Notes under the pieces: generated by a model
Seen by the model: only the letters and a program-made list of their open reading frames with translations
What the model was told of the DNA's origin: nothing
Databases searched by the model: none
In this document: one piece after another, positions 30,986 to 40,273 of the stretch
Layout: each line of letters starts with the position of its first letter
How positions within the stretch are numbered: position 1 is the first letter of the stretch
NCBI GenBank assembly: GCA_963742415.1
Contig: CAVULX010000002.1
Span: forward strand, 220,098-284,097
Direction: 5' to 3'
Length of the DNA stretch: 64,000 bases
Origin: an uncultured Parachlamydiaceae bacterium
GTDB taxonomy: Bacteria > Chlamydiota > Chlamydiia > Chlamydiales > Parachlamydiaceae
Position numbers and translations under genes: made by a program

Positions 30986-31342
30986 ATGAAACGACTTTTC
31001 TGGATTGGATCGAGCCGCGAAGACCTCAAGTTATTTCCTGATGAAGTTCAAGATGAAATGGGACATGGCTTATATCTTGCGCAAATGGGTGATCGGCATA
31101 ACCATGCGAAGACTCTTAGTGGGTTAGGCAATGCCAAAGTGATTGAGCTTCGAGAAAACGACAGATCGGGAACTTATCGAGTGATTTATACAGTTGAAAT
31201 GACGGAATTCATTTTTGTACTGCATGCCTTTCAGAAAAAATCGAAGAGCGGCATCGCAACGCCTAAGCAAGAGATCGATTTGGTTAAGCGTCGTTTAAAA
31301 GAAGCTGACGCCCTTTATAAAGAATTAAAAGGAGAAAAGTAG
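30986..31342 (+). CDS. higB: RelE/HigB-family toxin (Gp49-like)
   Basis: WIGSSREDLKLFP, TYRVIY, VLHAFQKKS. Confidence 0.9.
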   Translation: MKRLFWIGSSREDLKLFPDEVQDEMGHGLYLAQMGDRHNHAKTLSGLGNAKVIELRENDRSGTYRVIYTVEMTEFIFVLHAFQKKSKSGIATPKQEIDLVKRRLKEADALYKELKGEK

Positions 31343-31344
31343 TT

Positions 31345-31707
31345 ATGAAAAAAAAGATCGTATACGAAGAAAGCTCCGGAAATGTATTTGCTGATTTAGG
31401 TATTGAAAATCCTGAAGAAGCTTTAGCAAAATCCGAGCTAGCTCGCCAAATTGCTAAGCTTATTAAGAAGAAAAAACTCACTCAAAAACGAGCTGCTGAA
31501 ATTTTAGGTATTGATCAACCAAAAATTTCTGCTTTGATTCGAGGAAGATTAAGAAGTTTTTCTTTAGAGCGCCTTATTCGTTTTCTAAATGAATTAGGTC
31601 AAGATGTTAGCATCATGATTAGCCCTGCAAAATCACAGTCAGAGCGGGGTAGCACATGGATTGGAGAATCCCATTCAAATACACGAATAGCTGCTTTGGG
31701 AAGATAA
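31345..31707 (+). CDS. higA: HigA-family XRE antitoxin
   Basis: SSGNVFADLG, LTQKRAAEILGIDQPKISAL, FSLERL. Confidence 0.9.
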   Translation: MKKKIVYEESSGNVFADLGIENPEEALAKSELARQIAKLIKKKKLTQKRAAEILGIDQPKISALIRGRLRSFSLERLIRFLNELGQDVSIMISPAKSQSERGSTWIGESHSNTRIAALGR

Positions 31708-31719
31708 TAAGGAAATAAA

Positions 31720-32178
31720 ATGACATCGGAAGTTTTGGAAAAAGAGTTAACCGATAAAGTTAAGTATGTTAAAACAGCCTACGCAAAAAGTTTTGTTGGT
31801 AGCTTTGTTGTTGTAATGAGTGGGGGATTCATCTCGACAATGGTTAATGAGTACTATCCATTAACTGCGACTACTATCGATCTACTACAAGCGTTTAGCG
31901 TTGTTCCAGGATCGGTAGCTTTGTTCGGAGTGCAGGGCTGGAATATTCAAACATGGTGTGGAACGACCCCAGCTGAAATATTAAATATAAAATTATTTCG
32001 CTTTTTTTCAATCATTGGTTTGCTTTTTGCTGTTGTAGCATTTTCGCTACATTCAGCGGTAAAGGAGTTTCCTGAAACTAACCAAGACATCATTTCTTAT
32101 CGCATAGAATCTGAAAACATTCAAAAAAGTCATAATGCTTTCAGAGAAAAATTGAATTCAATGACGTTATTCCAATGA
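31720..32178 (+). CDS. Hypothetical membrane protein
   Basis: About three hydrophobic segments; AAGGA RBS; 12 bp after higA. Confidence 0.6.
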   Translation: MTSEVLEKELTDKVKYVKTAYAKSFVGSFVVVMSGGFISTMVNEYYPLTATTIDLLQAFSVVPGSVALFGVQGWNIQTWCGTTPAEILNIKLFRFFSIIGLLFAVVAFSLHSAVKEFPETNQDIISYRIESENIQKSHNAFREKLNSMTLFQ

Positions 32179-32265
32179 CAACCCAGGGATTTTAGAATTT
32201 TTATTAACAAATATTGCGTGGGCATATTATTAATAGGATTTTGAGACATCACTGATTTGATATTT

Positions 32266-33126
32266 TCATTTTTGTGGGCTATCTTCAAAATCTCTTCTCA
32301 TAATCTCATGCAGTGTTTTACCTTCATCATTCTTCCAGTCTATCCATCCATTTGCTCTACGTCCTAGAACAACTCCAGCAGCCTGCGAAGGCGATGGAAA
32401 TAGATAGTCGGTCAGAAATATGAGTTGATCACCTTGTTGCTCAAGAATCCCCATGGCTTTTAGTTGTTCTCTGGCACTTTTTAAGGTAGATCCCGCACTG
32501 TCAGTGGTTGTTATACAAGCATGAGACCCTTTAAATACAACGAATCCATCCGCAACCTTCTCTCCTTTAGCATTAGCTTTCCCACTTTTACAACATACAT
32601 GACGTTGCTTCAATTCAGTTGTAAGCCTTTCAAAAATAGGAAAATCAAGCGTTGATAATAGCAGAGAGATTGTTTCAAACATCTCTAAGAGATCGGCTCT
32701 AACGGACTCGGAAACGAACGGCTCTGAAGGACTCAATCGATTTGTAAGACGTCCCTGACCTATTTGCTCGATCTCATTACAACAAAACCATTCCAAAAAC
32801 CGAATTTGACACTTAGTCAATTCATCTGTTTTGGATACTATCACAATCGCCGTATTCCATTCCTTGTCGCTGTTATGATGCTGTTTTAAACGATCCAAGC
32901 AATCCTCTGATTCTCCAACATAGACTGGGGTTCTGGCATCATCAGAATCACCAAAAAGAAAATAAATACCTGAACGCGAGAGTTCTGGACGCGTATACGC
33001 CTCCTTTAGATCTGAACGAGGGACATATATGGCAATAGGAATGCGAGAAGTAACCTGAGCAATCTTTAGTCCTCGAGGTTTGCCTGTAGGGAGAAAGAGC
33101 TGAATAGTTTTAGGTGTAGGCTTCAT
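32266..33126 (-). CDS. GIY-YIG nuclease with DUF4357-like C-terminal domain
   Basis: SGIYFLFG..VYVGESE..RLKQH; FPSPSQAAGVVLGRRANGWIDWK. Confidence 0.85.
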   Translation of the reverse strand: MKPTPKTIQLFLPTGKPRGLKIAQVTSRIPIAIYVPRSDLKEAYTRPELSRSGIYFLFGDSDDARTPVYVGESEDCLDRLKQHHNSDKEWNTAIVIVSKTDELTKCQIRFLEWFCCNEIEQIGQGRLTNRLSPSEPFVSESVRADLLEMFETISLLLSTLDFPIFERLTTELKQRHVCCKSGKANAKGEKVADGFVVFKGSHACITTTDSAGSTLKSAREQLKAMGILEQQGDQLIFLTDYLFPSPSQAAGVVLGRRANGWIDWKNDEGKTLHEIMRRDFEDSPQK

Positions 33127-33850
33127 GTGCTCCTTTTTTGGACAAAACCAGCTCTATGAAGTTCTCCGTTAAAGAGCAGTTCTTACAGGTTGGAAATTGA
33201 TCTGGTGGGATGGAAGACCGATTAATTCGATCTGCCTTTTTCAGCAATTTTTGAATGAGTTGATCGTCGCGCTCTACCACAACAATTTTCGGATTAAAAC
33301 GCAACTCCAAGCCATCGCAATGGCAGTAGTGATGCATACCTAAAGATGATTCTGTAAGAGGTTCCATGTAAATAAGTGCTAATTTTGAAACCTGTCCAAG
33401 GCCTAGATGTTCCGCAATGAGAGCATAACTATTGAGTTGCGCTTGATAGATCGGAACCATGTTATCCTGATTGTCTGTCCATTTGGCTGTTTTATAGTCA
33501 ACAATAGCAAGTGAGCCATCAATAAATTCAAAGATGCCATCAGCTTCGCCTGTTAATAAAATTCCTGTTATTGGATCTTGGAATTGAAATCGTGAGTGGT
33601 GAGGTGGAGAAATATAATGTCTTATTGCTCCAAGACAGTTAAGAAATGCAGGTGCTTGAGAGTTTATGTCCATAAATGCATGAACAGAACGTTTCGTAAA
33701 AGAGTCAATCGATGCAAAAATGCCTGGAAAAATTGAGTAAGGAAAACGATTTCCCATTTTCATCTTAATCCAAAAACACCTTTCGCAACATTCTGGAAGT
33801 GCCAATTCTCCGAGTGTTTTTCCTGATATTCTCATATAATAATTATTCAC
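33110..33850 (-). CDS. PD-(D/E)XK RecB/Cas4-like nuclease
   Basis: LTGEADG..IVDYKT, QLNSYA; CERC and CKNC cysteine pairs. Confidence 0.8.
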   Translation of the reverse strand: MNNYYMRISGKTLGELALPECCERCFWIKMKMGNRFPYSIFPGIFASIDSFTKRSVHAFMDINSQAPAFLNCLGAIRHYISPPHHSRFQFQDPITGILLTGEADGIFEFIDGSLAIVDYKTAKWTDNQDNMVPIYQAQLNSYALIAEHLGLGQVSKLALIYMEPLTESSLGMHHYCHCDGLELRFNPKIVVVERDDQLIQKLLKKADRINRSSIPPDQFPTCKNCSLTENFIELVLSKKGAHEAYT

Positions 33851-33987
33851 TTCAGATATTAAAATATATAATTAACATTACAAATTATTTCAAATAATTG
33901 TTCTATTTGCAATAAACGCATAATTATACTACCATTGTTCTGTTTTAATCAACGTTTCTTGTTGATTTGCAAAGACATGGATGTCGA

Positions 33988-36648
33988 ATGAATATTTGTA
34001 AGACCGAAGAAAATATTAGGAAATTAGCAGATAATTTTAATGAAACAACTTTTATCTATGATCTGCTCTTAGCCTACGGAAAACCAAAAGCCGCAATAAC
34101 GCGCTTGCAAAAATCTTACAATTTATCGAAAAGAAATAATGAAGTTATTTGGAAAAAAAATCTTTGTTTTAGAAGAGTTAGCGAAAACGATCTATATAGT
34201 GAAATCGATAATTTAAATAACGATTCGAATATTCTAAAACACTCTCCGCGTTTTATTATTGTCACTGATTATAAAAAAATTCTTGCTACCGATACAAAAA
34301 CAAAAGATACTTTAGACATCTTCTTCAACGAACTCGGTGATAATTTTGATTTTTTTCTCCCTTGGGCCGGCTTCGAGAAAACAAGATCCAAGAGTGAAAG
34401 CTTAGCTGATATTAGGGCCGCAGAACAAATGGCCAAATTATATGATGAGATTAAAAAAGATAATCCATGGGCTGAGAAAAAAGCGCTTCATTCCCTAAAC
34501 GTTTTTCTTTCTCGTCTATTATTTTGCTTCTTCGCAGAAGATACAACCATTTTTGAGAAAGGATTATTTAGTAGCTCAATCGCTTCTCATACTCTAGAAG
34601 ATGGCAGTGATCTTAATAGTTATCTTGACAGGTTATTTGAGGCTTTAAATTCCGAAAACAAATCTCGATTCCCTAAGTATCTTCAAATATTTCCATATGT
34701 TAATGGAGGTTTATTTGCAGAAAAACACCCAGTGCCCAGATTTACTCGCCGTTCGCGCAAAATTCTTCTTGAATGTGGGGGGCTGAATTGGTCATCGATT
34801 AATCCCGACATTTTTGGTTCCATGATTCAGGCCGTTGTTGATTCAAATCAACGTGGGGAAATGGGAATGCACTATACCTCAGTTCCAAATATCATGAAAG
34901 TCATAGAACCACTGTTTTTAGGTGAACTTTATGACGAATTTGAAAAATCGAAAGGCAACCAAAAAAAATTAGAAAAAATATTGGTCCGATTATCTCAGAT
35001 AAAAATTTTCGACCCCGCTTGCGGTTCAGGGAACTTTCTAATTGTCGCCTACAAGGAATTACGAAGCCTCGAAATGAAAATTATCAAGCACCTTCAAGGA
35101 TTTACCACTCGTCTTCCACTTTCGAATATTAAACTTTCTCAATTCTATGGAATCGAAATTGACGACTTTGCTCATGAGGTGGCCATGCTTTCATTATGGC
35201 TGATTGACCACCAAATGAACCAATCATTTAAAATTGCTTTTGATCGAACAAGGCCTTCTTTGCCACTCAAACAAGGCGGCCATATTATTTGCGGAAACGC
35301 CACTCGATTAAATTGGGACGAAGTTTGTCCTAAAGACCATACTTCGGAAGTATATCTAATCGGAAATCCTCCTTATAGGGGGTCATCTCTCCAATCTGAA
35401 GAACAGAAAGATGATATGGCTTTAGCATGTTCTGGCATCAAGAATTATAAAAATCTTGATTACATTACATGCTGGTTCTTTAAGGGAGCAAAATATCTAG
35501 ATAAATGTCCTAAATCAAAATTGGCTTTTGTGACAACGAGTTCGATTTGCCAAGGAGAACAAGTGGCTCTCTTATGGCCTCCCATTTTTAGTAACCACTT
35601 AGAAATTGGATTTGCGCATCAGCCTTTTAAATGGCTTAACAACGCAAGAAGAAACGCTGGTGTAATTTGTTCTATAATAGGAATTAGACATTACTCAAAT
35701 CAAACTAAACTAATCTATAAGAATGATCTCGTTCAAATTGTTGACAATATAAACCCGTACCTGATGCCTGGGAATAATACGATAATTAAAAAAAGAAATA
35801 ATCCAATTTCTTCATTACCGCAAATGAGCTACGGAAATAAAGCTGTTGATAACGGTAGTCTTATTCTTTCAGAATCTGAAAGAATTGATCTTGTCACCAG
35901 AAATCCTACTTCAAAAAAAATTATAAAGAAGCTAGCCGGGTCGGCCGAGTTTATTAGAGGAACAGATAGATGGTGTTTGTGGATTACCGATGACGACCTC
36001 TCTATTGCCTGTGGAATTCCTGAGATAAAAAGACGACTCGCAAACGTGAGAGATTTTCGTCTCAAAAGCCGCAAAAAAGCAACCATCGAAATATCAAATA
36101 CACCACATCAATTCGGCGAAATTCGGTATAATGGTTCAAGCTCTATTATCATTCCAAGAGTTTCCTCCGATCGCCGAGAATTTATTCCTATTGGGTTCCT
36201 AGATAAGAACACTATTATTTCAGACTCTGCTCAGGCAATATATAATGCCGAACCATATGTTTTTGGAGTAATTTCTTCCAAAATTCATCTTGCTTGGGTT
36301 AAAGCTACGGCAGGAAAATTAAAAAATGATTATAGATATTCGTCAGCATTAAGTTACAACACTTTCCCATTACCACCTCTCTCTGAAAAGCAAAAAGAAA
36401 TTATTAACATTCACGTTTTCAATATTCTTTCTGAAAGAGAAAAACATCCCGAAAAAACAATCGCCCAACTCTATGACCCAGCTAAAATGCCTAAAGGGCT
36501 AAAGGAAGCACACCGAGGCCTCGATATAGCCATTGAACGGTGTTATAGATCAAAACCATTTGAGAGCGATGGAGAACGATTAGAACATCTTTTTAAACTC
36601 TATGAAGAAATGACTCAAAACGAAAAAAAGAGGAAAAATCATGCCTAA
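33988..36648 (+). CDS. MmeI/YeeA(DnmA)-like N6-adenine DNA methyltransferase
   Basis: FLSRLLFCFFAED, YVNGGLF, GMHYTS, FDPACGSGNF, GNPPY, LYDPAKMP..L.EAH. Confidence 0.9.
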   Translation: MNICKTEENIRKLADNFNETTFIYDLLLAYGKPKAAITRLQKSYNLSKRNNEVIWKKNLCFRRVSENDLYSEIDNLNNDSNILKHSPRFIIVTDYKKILATDTKTKDTLDIFFNELGDNFDFFLPWAGFEKTRSKSESLADIRAAEQMAKLYDEIKKDNPWAEKKALHSLNVFLSRLLFCFFAEDTTIFEKGLFSSSIASHTLEDGSDLNSYLDRLFEALNSENKSRFPKYLQIFPYVNGGLFAEKHPVPRFTRRSRKILLECGGLNWSSINPDIFGSMIQAVVDSNQRGEMGMHYTSVPNIMKVIEPLFLGELYDEFEKSKGNQKKLEKILVRLSQIKIFDPACGSGNFLIVAYKELRSLEMKIIKHLQGFTTRLPLSNIKLSQFYGIEIDDFAHEVAMLSLWLIDHQMNQSFKIAFDRTRPSLPLKQGGHIICGNATRLNWDEVCPKDHTSEVYLIGNPPYRGSSLQSEEQKDDMALACSGIKNYKNLDYITCWFFKGAKYLDKCPKSKLAFVTTSSICQGEQVALLWPPIFSNHLEIGFAHQPFKWLNNARRNAGVICSIIGIRHYSNQTKLIYKNDLVQIVDNINPYLMPGNNTIIKKRNNPISSLPQMSYGNKAVDNGSLILSESERIDLVTRNPTSKKIIKKLAGSAEFIRGTDRWCLWITDDDLSIACGIPEIKRRLANVRDFRLKSRKKATIEISNTPHQFGEIRYNGSSSIIIPRVSSDRREFIPIGFLDKNTIISDSAQAIYNAEPYVFGVISSKIHLAWVKATAGKLKNDYRYSSALSYNTFPLPPLSEKQKEIINIHVFNILSEREKHPEKTIAQLYDPAKMPKGLKEAHRGLDIAIERCYRSKPFESDGERLEHLFKLYEEMTQNEKKRKNHA

Positions 36649-38571
36649 TATTGTCGATGTTTCTTATGCCCAAACAGGACAAAGCACAAAAACAAATTCG
36701 ATGGGCATGCGAGAAATGCAAGAAAGAGCGTATTTAGCCCGAGATGCTCAATATCTTCTCCTTAAATCCCCTCCAGCATCTGGAAAATCCCGCGCGCTCA
36801 TGTACATTGCACTCGACAAACTCCATCGTCAAGGACTCAAAAAGGTTATAGTTGCCGTTCCTGAGAAAGCAATCGGCGCTTCTTTTAGTAACACCGACTT
36901 AATATCTCAAGGCTTCTTTGCTAATTGGGAAACAAATCCTGAATATAACCTATGCATTCCTGGTGGTGAAGGGAATAAGGTACAAGCTTTTCTCAGGTTT
37001 TTAAATAACAATGAACGTACTCTTATCTGCACCCATGCTACTTTACGTTTTGCTTTTGAAGCATCCACTACAGAGAATTTTGACAATACTATTCTTGCAA
37101 TTGATGAATTTCACCATGTTTCAGCTGATGGAGATAGCCGTTTAGGTGAGCTCTTAAGAGCAATCATGGAAAAATCAAATGCTCATATTATCGCCATGAC
37201 CGGTTCATATTTCCGCGGAGATACAACTCCCATTCTTTCGCCAGAAGATGAAGCAAAGTTCGCAAAAGTGACCTATAACTATTATGAACAGTTAAATGGC
37301 TATACTCATTTAAAATCTTTAGGTATTGGATATCATTTCTATCAAGGGCGCTACACTTCCGCAATTGATGAAATTCTTGGACACCGACAAAAAAACAATC
37401 CTTCATATTCCTAATGTACAGTCCGGAGAATCCACAAAAGATAAGCATAATGAAGTGGACACTATTTTAGACAAAATAGGAACCGTTATACATCAAGATC
37501 AGGAAACTGGGGTCATCCATGTTACTCGTCACAACGATGGTAAAACGATTTTAAAAGTAGCCGATCTTGTTGATGACCGACCTCGTCGAGCGAAATAGAA
37601 TTGTCAACTTATCTACGGCAAATTAAGAGTCCTGATGATCTGGATATTATTATTGCTTTAGGTATGGCAAAAGAAGGTTTTGATTGGCCTTTCTGCGAAC
37701 ATTCATTAACAGTTGGCTATCGAGGATCTCTTACAGAAATTATTCAGATAATTGGTCGCTGCACTAGGGATAGCAGTAATAAAACTCATGCTCAATTTAC
37801 AAATCTTATTGCTCAGCCTGATGCAGCTGATGATCAAGTAAAGTTATCTGTCAACAATATGCTAAAAGCAATTACTTGTTCTCTTTTAATGGAACAGGTA
37901 TTGGCGCCTAACTTCAAATTTAAAACTAAACAATCAGAAGAAGATCAAGCGCAACCTGGTGAAATCAAAATTCGGGGATTTAAAGAACCAAGTTCAAAAC
38001 GCGTGAAGGATATTATTGAATCCGATTTGAATGATCTCAAAGCCAACATTTTACAGAGATGACACAATGATTAAAGCTCTACCAGGAAATCTCGATCCAG
38101 AGGTAATAAATAAAGTATTGATTCCTAAAATCATTAAGATAAAATACCCTGAGCTTACTGATCACGAAATTGAAGAAGTTCGTCAACATATTGTTGTTGA
38201 CTCTGTCGTTAAAAACGGAGAAATTGAAGTCACTGGGGACAAGCGATTTATTCGGATGGCTGGCCAATTTGTAAATATTGATGACTTGCATATTGATCTT
38301 ATTGACAGAATCAATCCTTTCCAAAAAGCCTTTGAAATTTTATCAAAATCAGTCACTTCGCAGGTCTTAAAAGCCATCCAAGAAACAATTGAAGCTAATC
38401 GTATCCAAATGACAGAAGAGGAAGCATTTCTTCTTTTGCCCAAAAATCAATCTATTTGTCAGGACCAATAATGGTCGAGAACCTAACTTAAATTCTCTAG
38501 ATGCTTTAGAACGCCGAATGGCAGAGGCTTTAGCCTACTTGCGACATCAACATCGTTCTCAAGGATTATAA
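36641..38571 (+). pseudogene. YeeB-like SF2 helicase, about four frameshifts (or sequencing errors)
   Basis: PPASGKS, DEFHH, MTGSYFRGD, MAKEGFDWP, QIIGR across ORFs 36641, 37326, 37601 and 38031; ends RMAEALAYLR..GL*. Confidence 0.8.
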
Positions 38572-38572
38572 T

Positions 38573-39730
38573 ATGAATCAAGAGGAACTACTAAAATTGA
38601 TTCTAGAGGATGAATTTGGGCTGCTTAAAGTTAAACAAAAAACTACAAAAAACATAAATGCGAATGAGCGCCTTCATTTAAATTTTCAAGAAATTAATGA
38701 TTTTTTTCGCGAACATGGCCATTCCCCACAGCCAAATTCCCAAGATATGTCGGAATTCAAGCTGTACGAACGGTTAGCAACAATAAATTCAAACCCTGAT
38801 CATATCCAACAGTTAAAGGAGTATGACGACTTCAAGCTTTTAGAAAATGCTCATTCAATTAACTCAATTGAAGACATAATCTTAGCAGATGACTTTGGTC
38901 TGTTGAAAGAAGACCCTGAGAGCATTTTTCAACTTCGCCATGTTCCGAAAGAATTAACCACACCCGATTACATAGCGCAACGCGTGCCTTGCCTAGATTT
39001 CGATAAATTTGAACTGTTGTTCTGTCAATGTCAAGCTGACTTAGCTTCTGGAAAAAGAAAATTGCTCTCCTTTGCCATGGAACAGCAAATTAGTACTGGT
39101 GATTTCTATGTTCTTAGAGGAGTGCTTACATATGTCGCCAAAATAGGCGAGAATGAAAATATAAGTGGTAGGCCTAATCCTCGATTGCGTTGTATATTTG
39201 AAAATGGAACAGAGTCTGACATGCTTTTACGTTCTCTAGCGCGGGCGTTGTACAAAGATGGACGCCGAATTACTGAACACGCAGACAGGCTTCTTGATGG
39301 GTTGAGTAATAATAAGACCACTGACGATAAAGAGACTGGATATATATACGTTTTGAAATCACTAAGTAGTAACCCTGAGATTAAAAGTCTTATCAACCTT
39401 TATAAGATTGGTTTTTCACGAATTCGCGTTGAAGAACGCATTAAGAATGCGAAAAATGATCCCACCTACCTTCTTGCACCTGTGCAAAGAATTGCCGTAT
39501 ACGAATGTTATAATTTAAATCCTCAAAAATTTGAGCTCTTGCTTCATACTTTTTTTGGTCAAGTTTGTCTTAACTTAGATGTACATGACAGCAATGGACA
39601 TAGATATGTGCCAAGAGAGTGGTTTACAGCGCCTTTTGAAGTGATTGAACAAGCAATATCTCTCTTGCTAACCAAAGAAATTGTCAAATACAAATATGAT
39701 CCACTTTTACAGATGATTGTAAAAAAATAA
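38573..39730 (+). CDS. YeeC-like GIY-YIG (T5orf172) nuclease
   Basis: TGYIYVLKS..LYKIGFS..VEERI, FENGTES, PREWF. Confidence 0.85.
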   Translation: MNQEELLKLILEDEFGLLKVKQKTTKNINANERLHLNFQEINDFFREHGHSPQPNSQDMSEFKLYERLATINSNPDHIQQLKEYDDFKLLENAHSINSIEDIILADDFGLLKEDPESIFQLRHVPKELTTPDYIAQRVPCLDFDKFELLFCQCQADLASGKRKLLSFAMEQQISTGDFYVLRGVLTYVAKIGENENISGRPNPRLRCIFENGTESDMLLRSLARALYKDGRRITEHADRLLDGLSNNKTTDDKETGYIYVLKSLSSNPEIKSLINLYKIGFSRIRVEERIKNAKNDPTYLLAPVQRIAVYECYNLNPQKFELLLHTFFGQVCLNLDVHDSNGHRYVPREWFTAPFEVIEQAISLLLTKEIVKYKYDPLLQMIVKK

Positions 39731-39784
39731 AGTCCGAGGATCAACAATTCAGAAGATTTTAGCTATGGTAATTCCGGTAAAATT

Positions 39785-40243
39785 TCAGTAAACAAATGGT
39801 AAAGTTTTCTCTTTCAAAACATTCATTTTGAGACTTTCATCAATATCGTATTCCTTCGTGTGAAATTTAAGATTCCCAACCTCTGATTGAATTTTTTGAT
39901 TCATTTGGAAAACAATATTGACCAGATCCTTAACACTGATCTCATCAAAGGATCTTTCTTTCAGTTCTTCTAGAGCTTTGCTTAAGATGATAGAAAAAGA
40001 CTCAAGGCGATTACGTTTAGATAAGCTGTATTCGGCGATGATTGATTCAAATTCAAAGTATCTAAGATTGGCTATCTCATTTTTTAGCTCATCGTTCCAT
40101 TTGATCAAGGTGGGTTTAGAAATTTCCAGCTCTTTAGATATTTTATCATAAGAAAGACCCTTGGCTCGCAATTCAATAAATCGCTTCTTTTCGTTTTGAG
40201 TTTTCATATCTTTCTCCGCGAATGCATTTGTTTCACGTTTCAT
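39785..40243 (-). CDS. Small N-terminal HTH DNA-binding protein
   Basis: FIELRAKGLSYDKISKELEISKPTLIKW. Confidence 0.65.
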   Translation of the reverse strand: MKRETNAFAEKDMKTQNEKKRFIELRAKGLSYDKISKELEISKPTLIKWNDELKNEIANLRYFEFESIIAEYSLSKRNRLESFSIILSKALEELKERSFDEISVKDLVNIVFQMNQKIQSEVGNLKFHTKEYDIDESLKMNVLKEKTLPFVY

Positions 40244-40273
40244 TTGCTACAGGGGTGAAACATGAAACACTTT

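Noticed and set aside
33110-33850. CRISPR-Cas locus suggested by the Cas4-like nuclease
   Set aside because: No repeat-spacer array and no cas1 or cas2 seen in the window.
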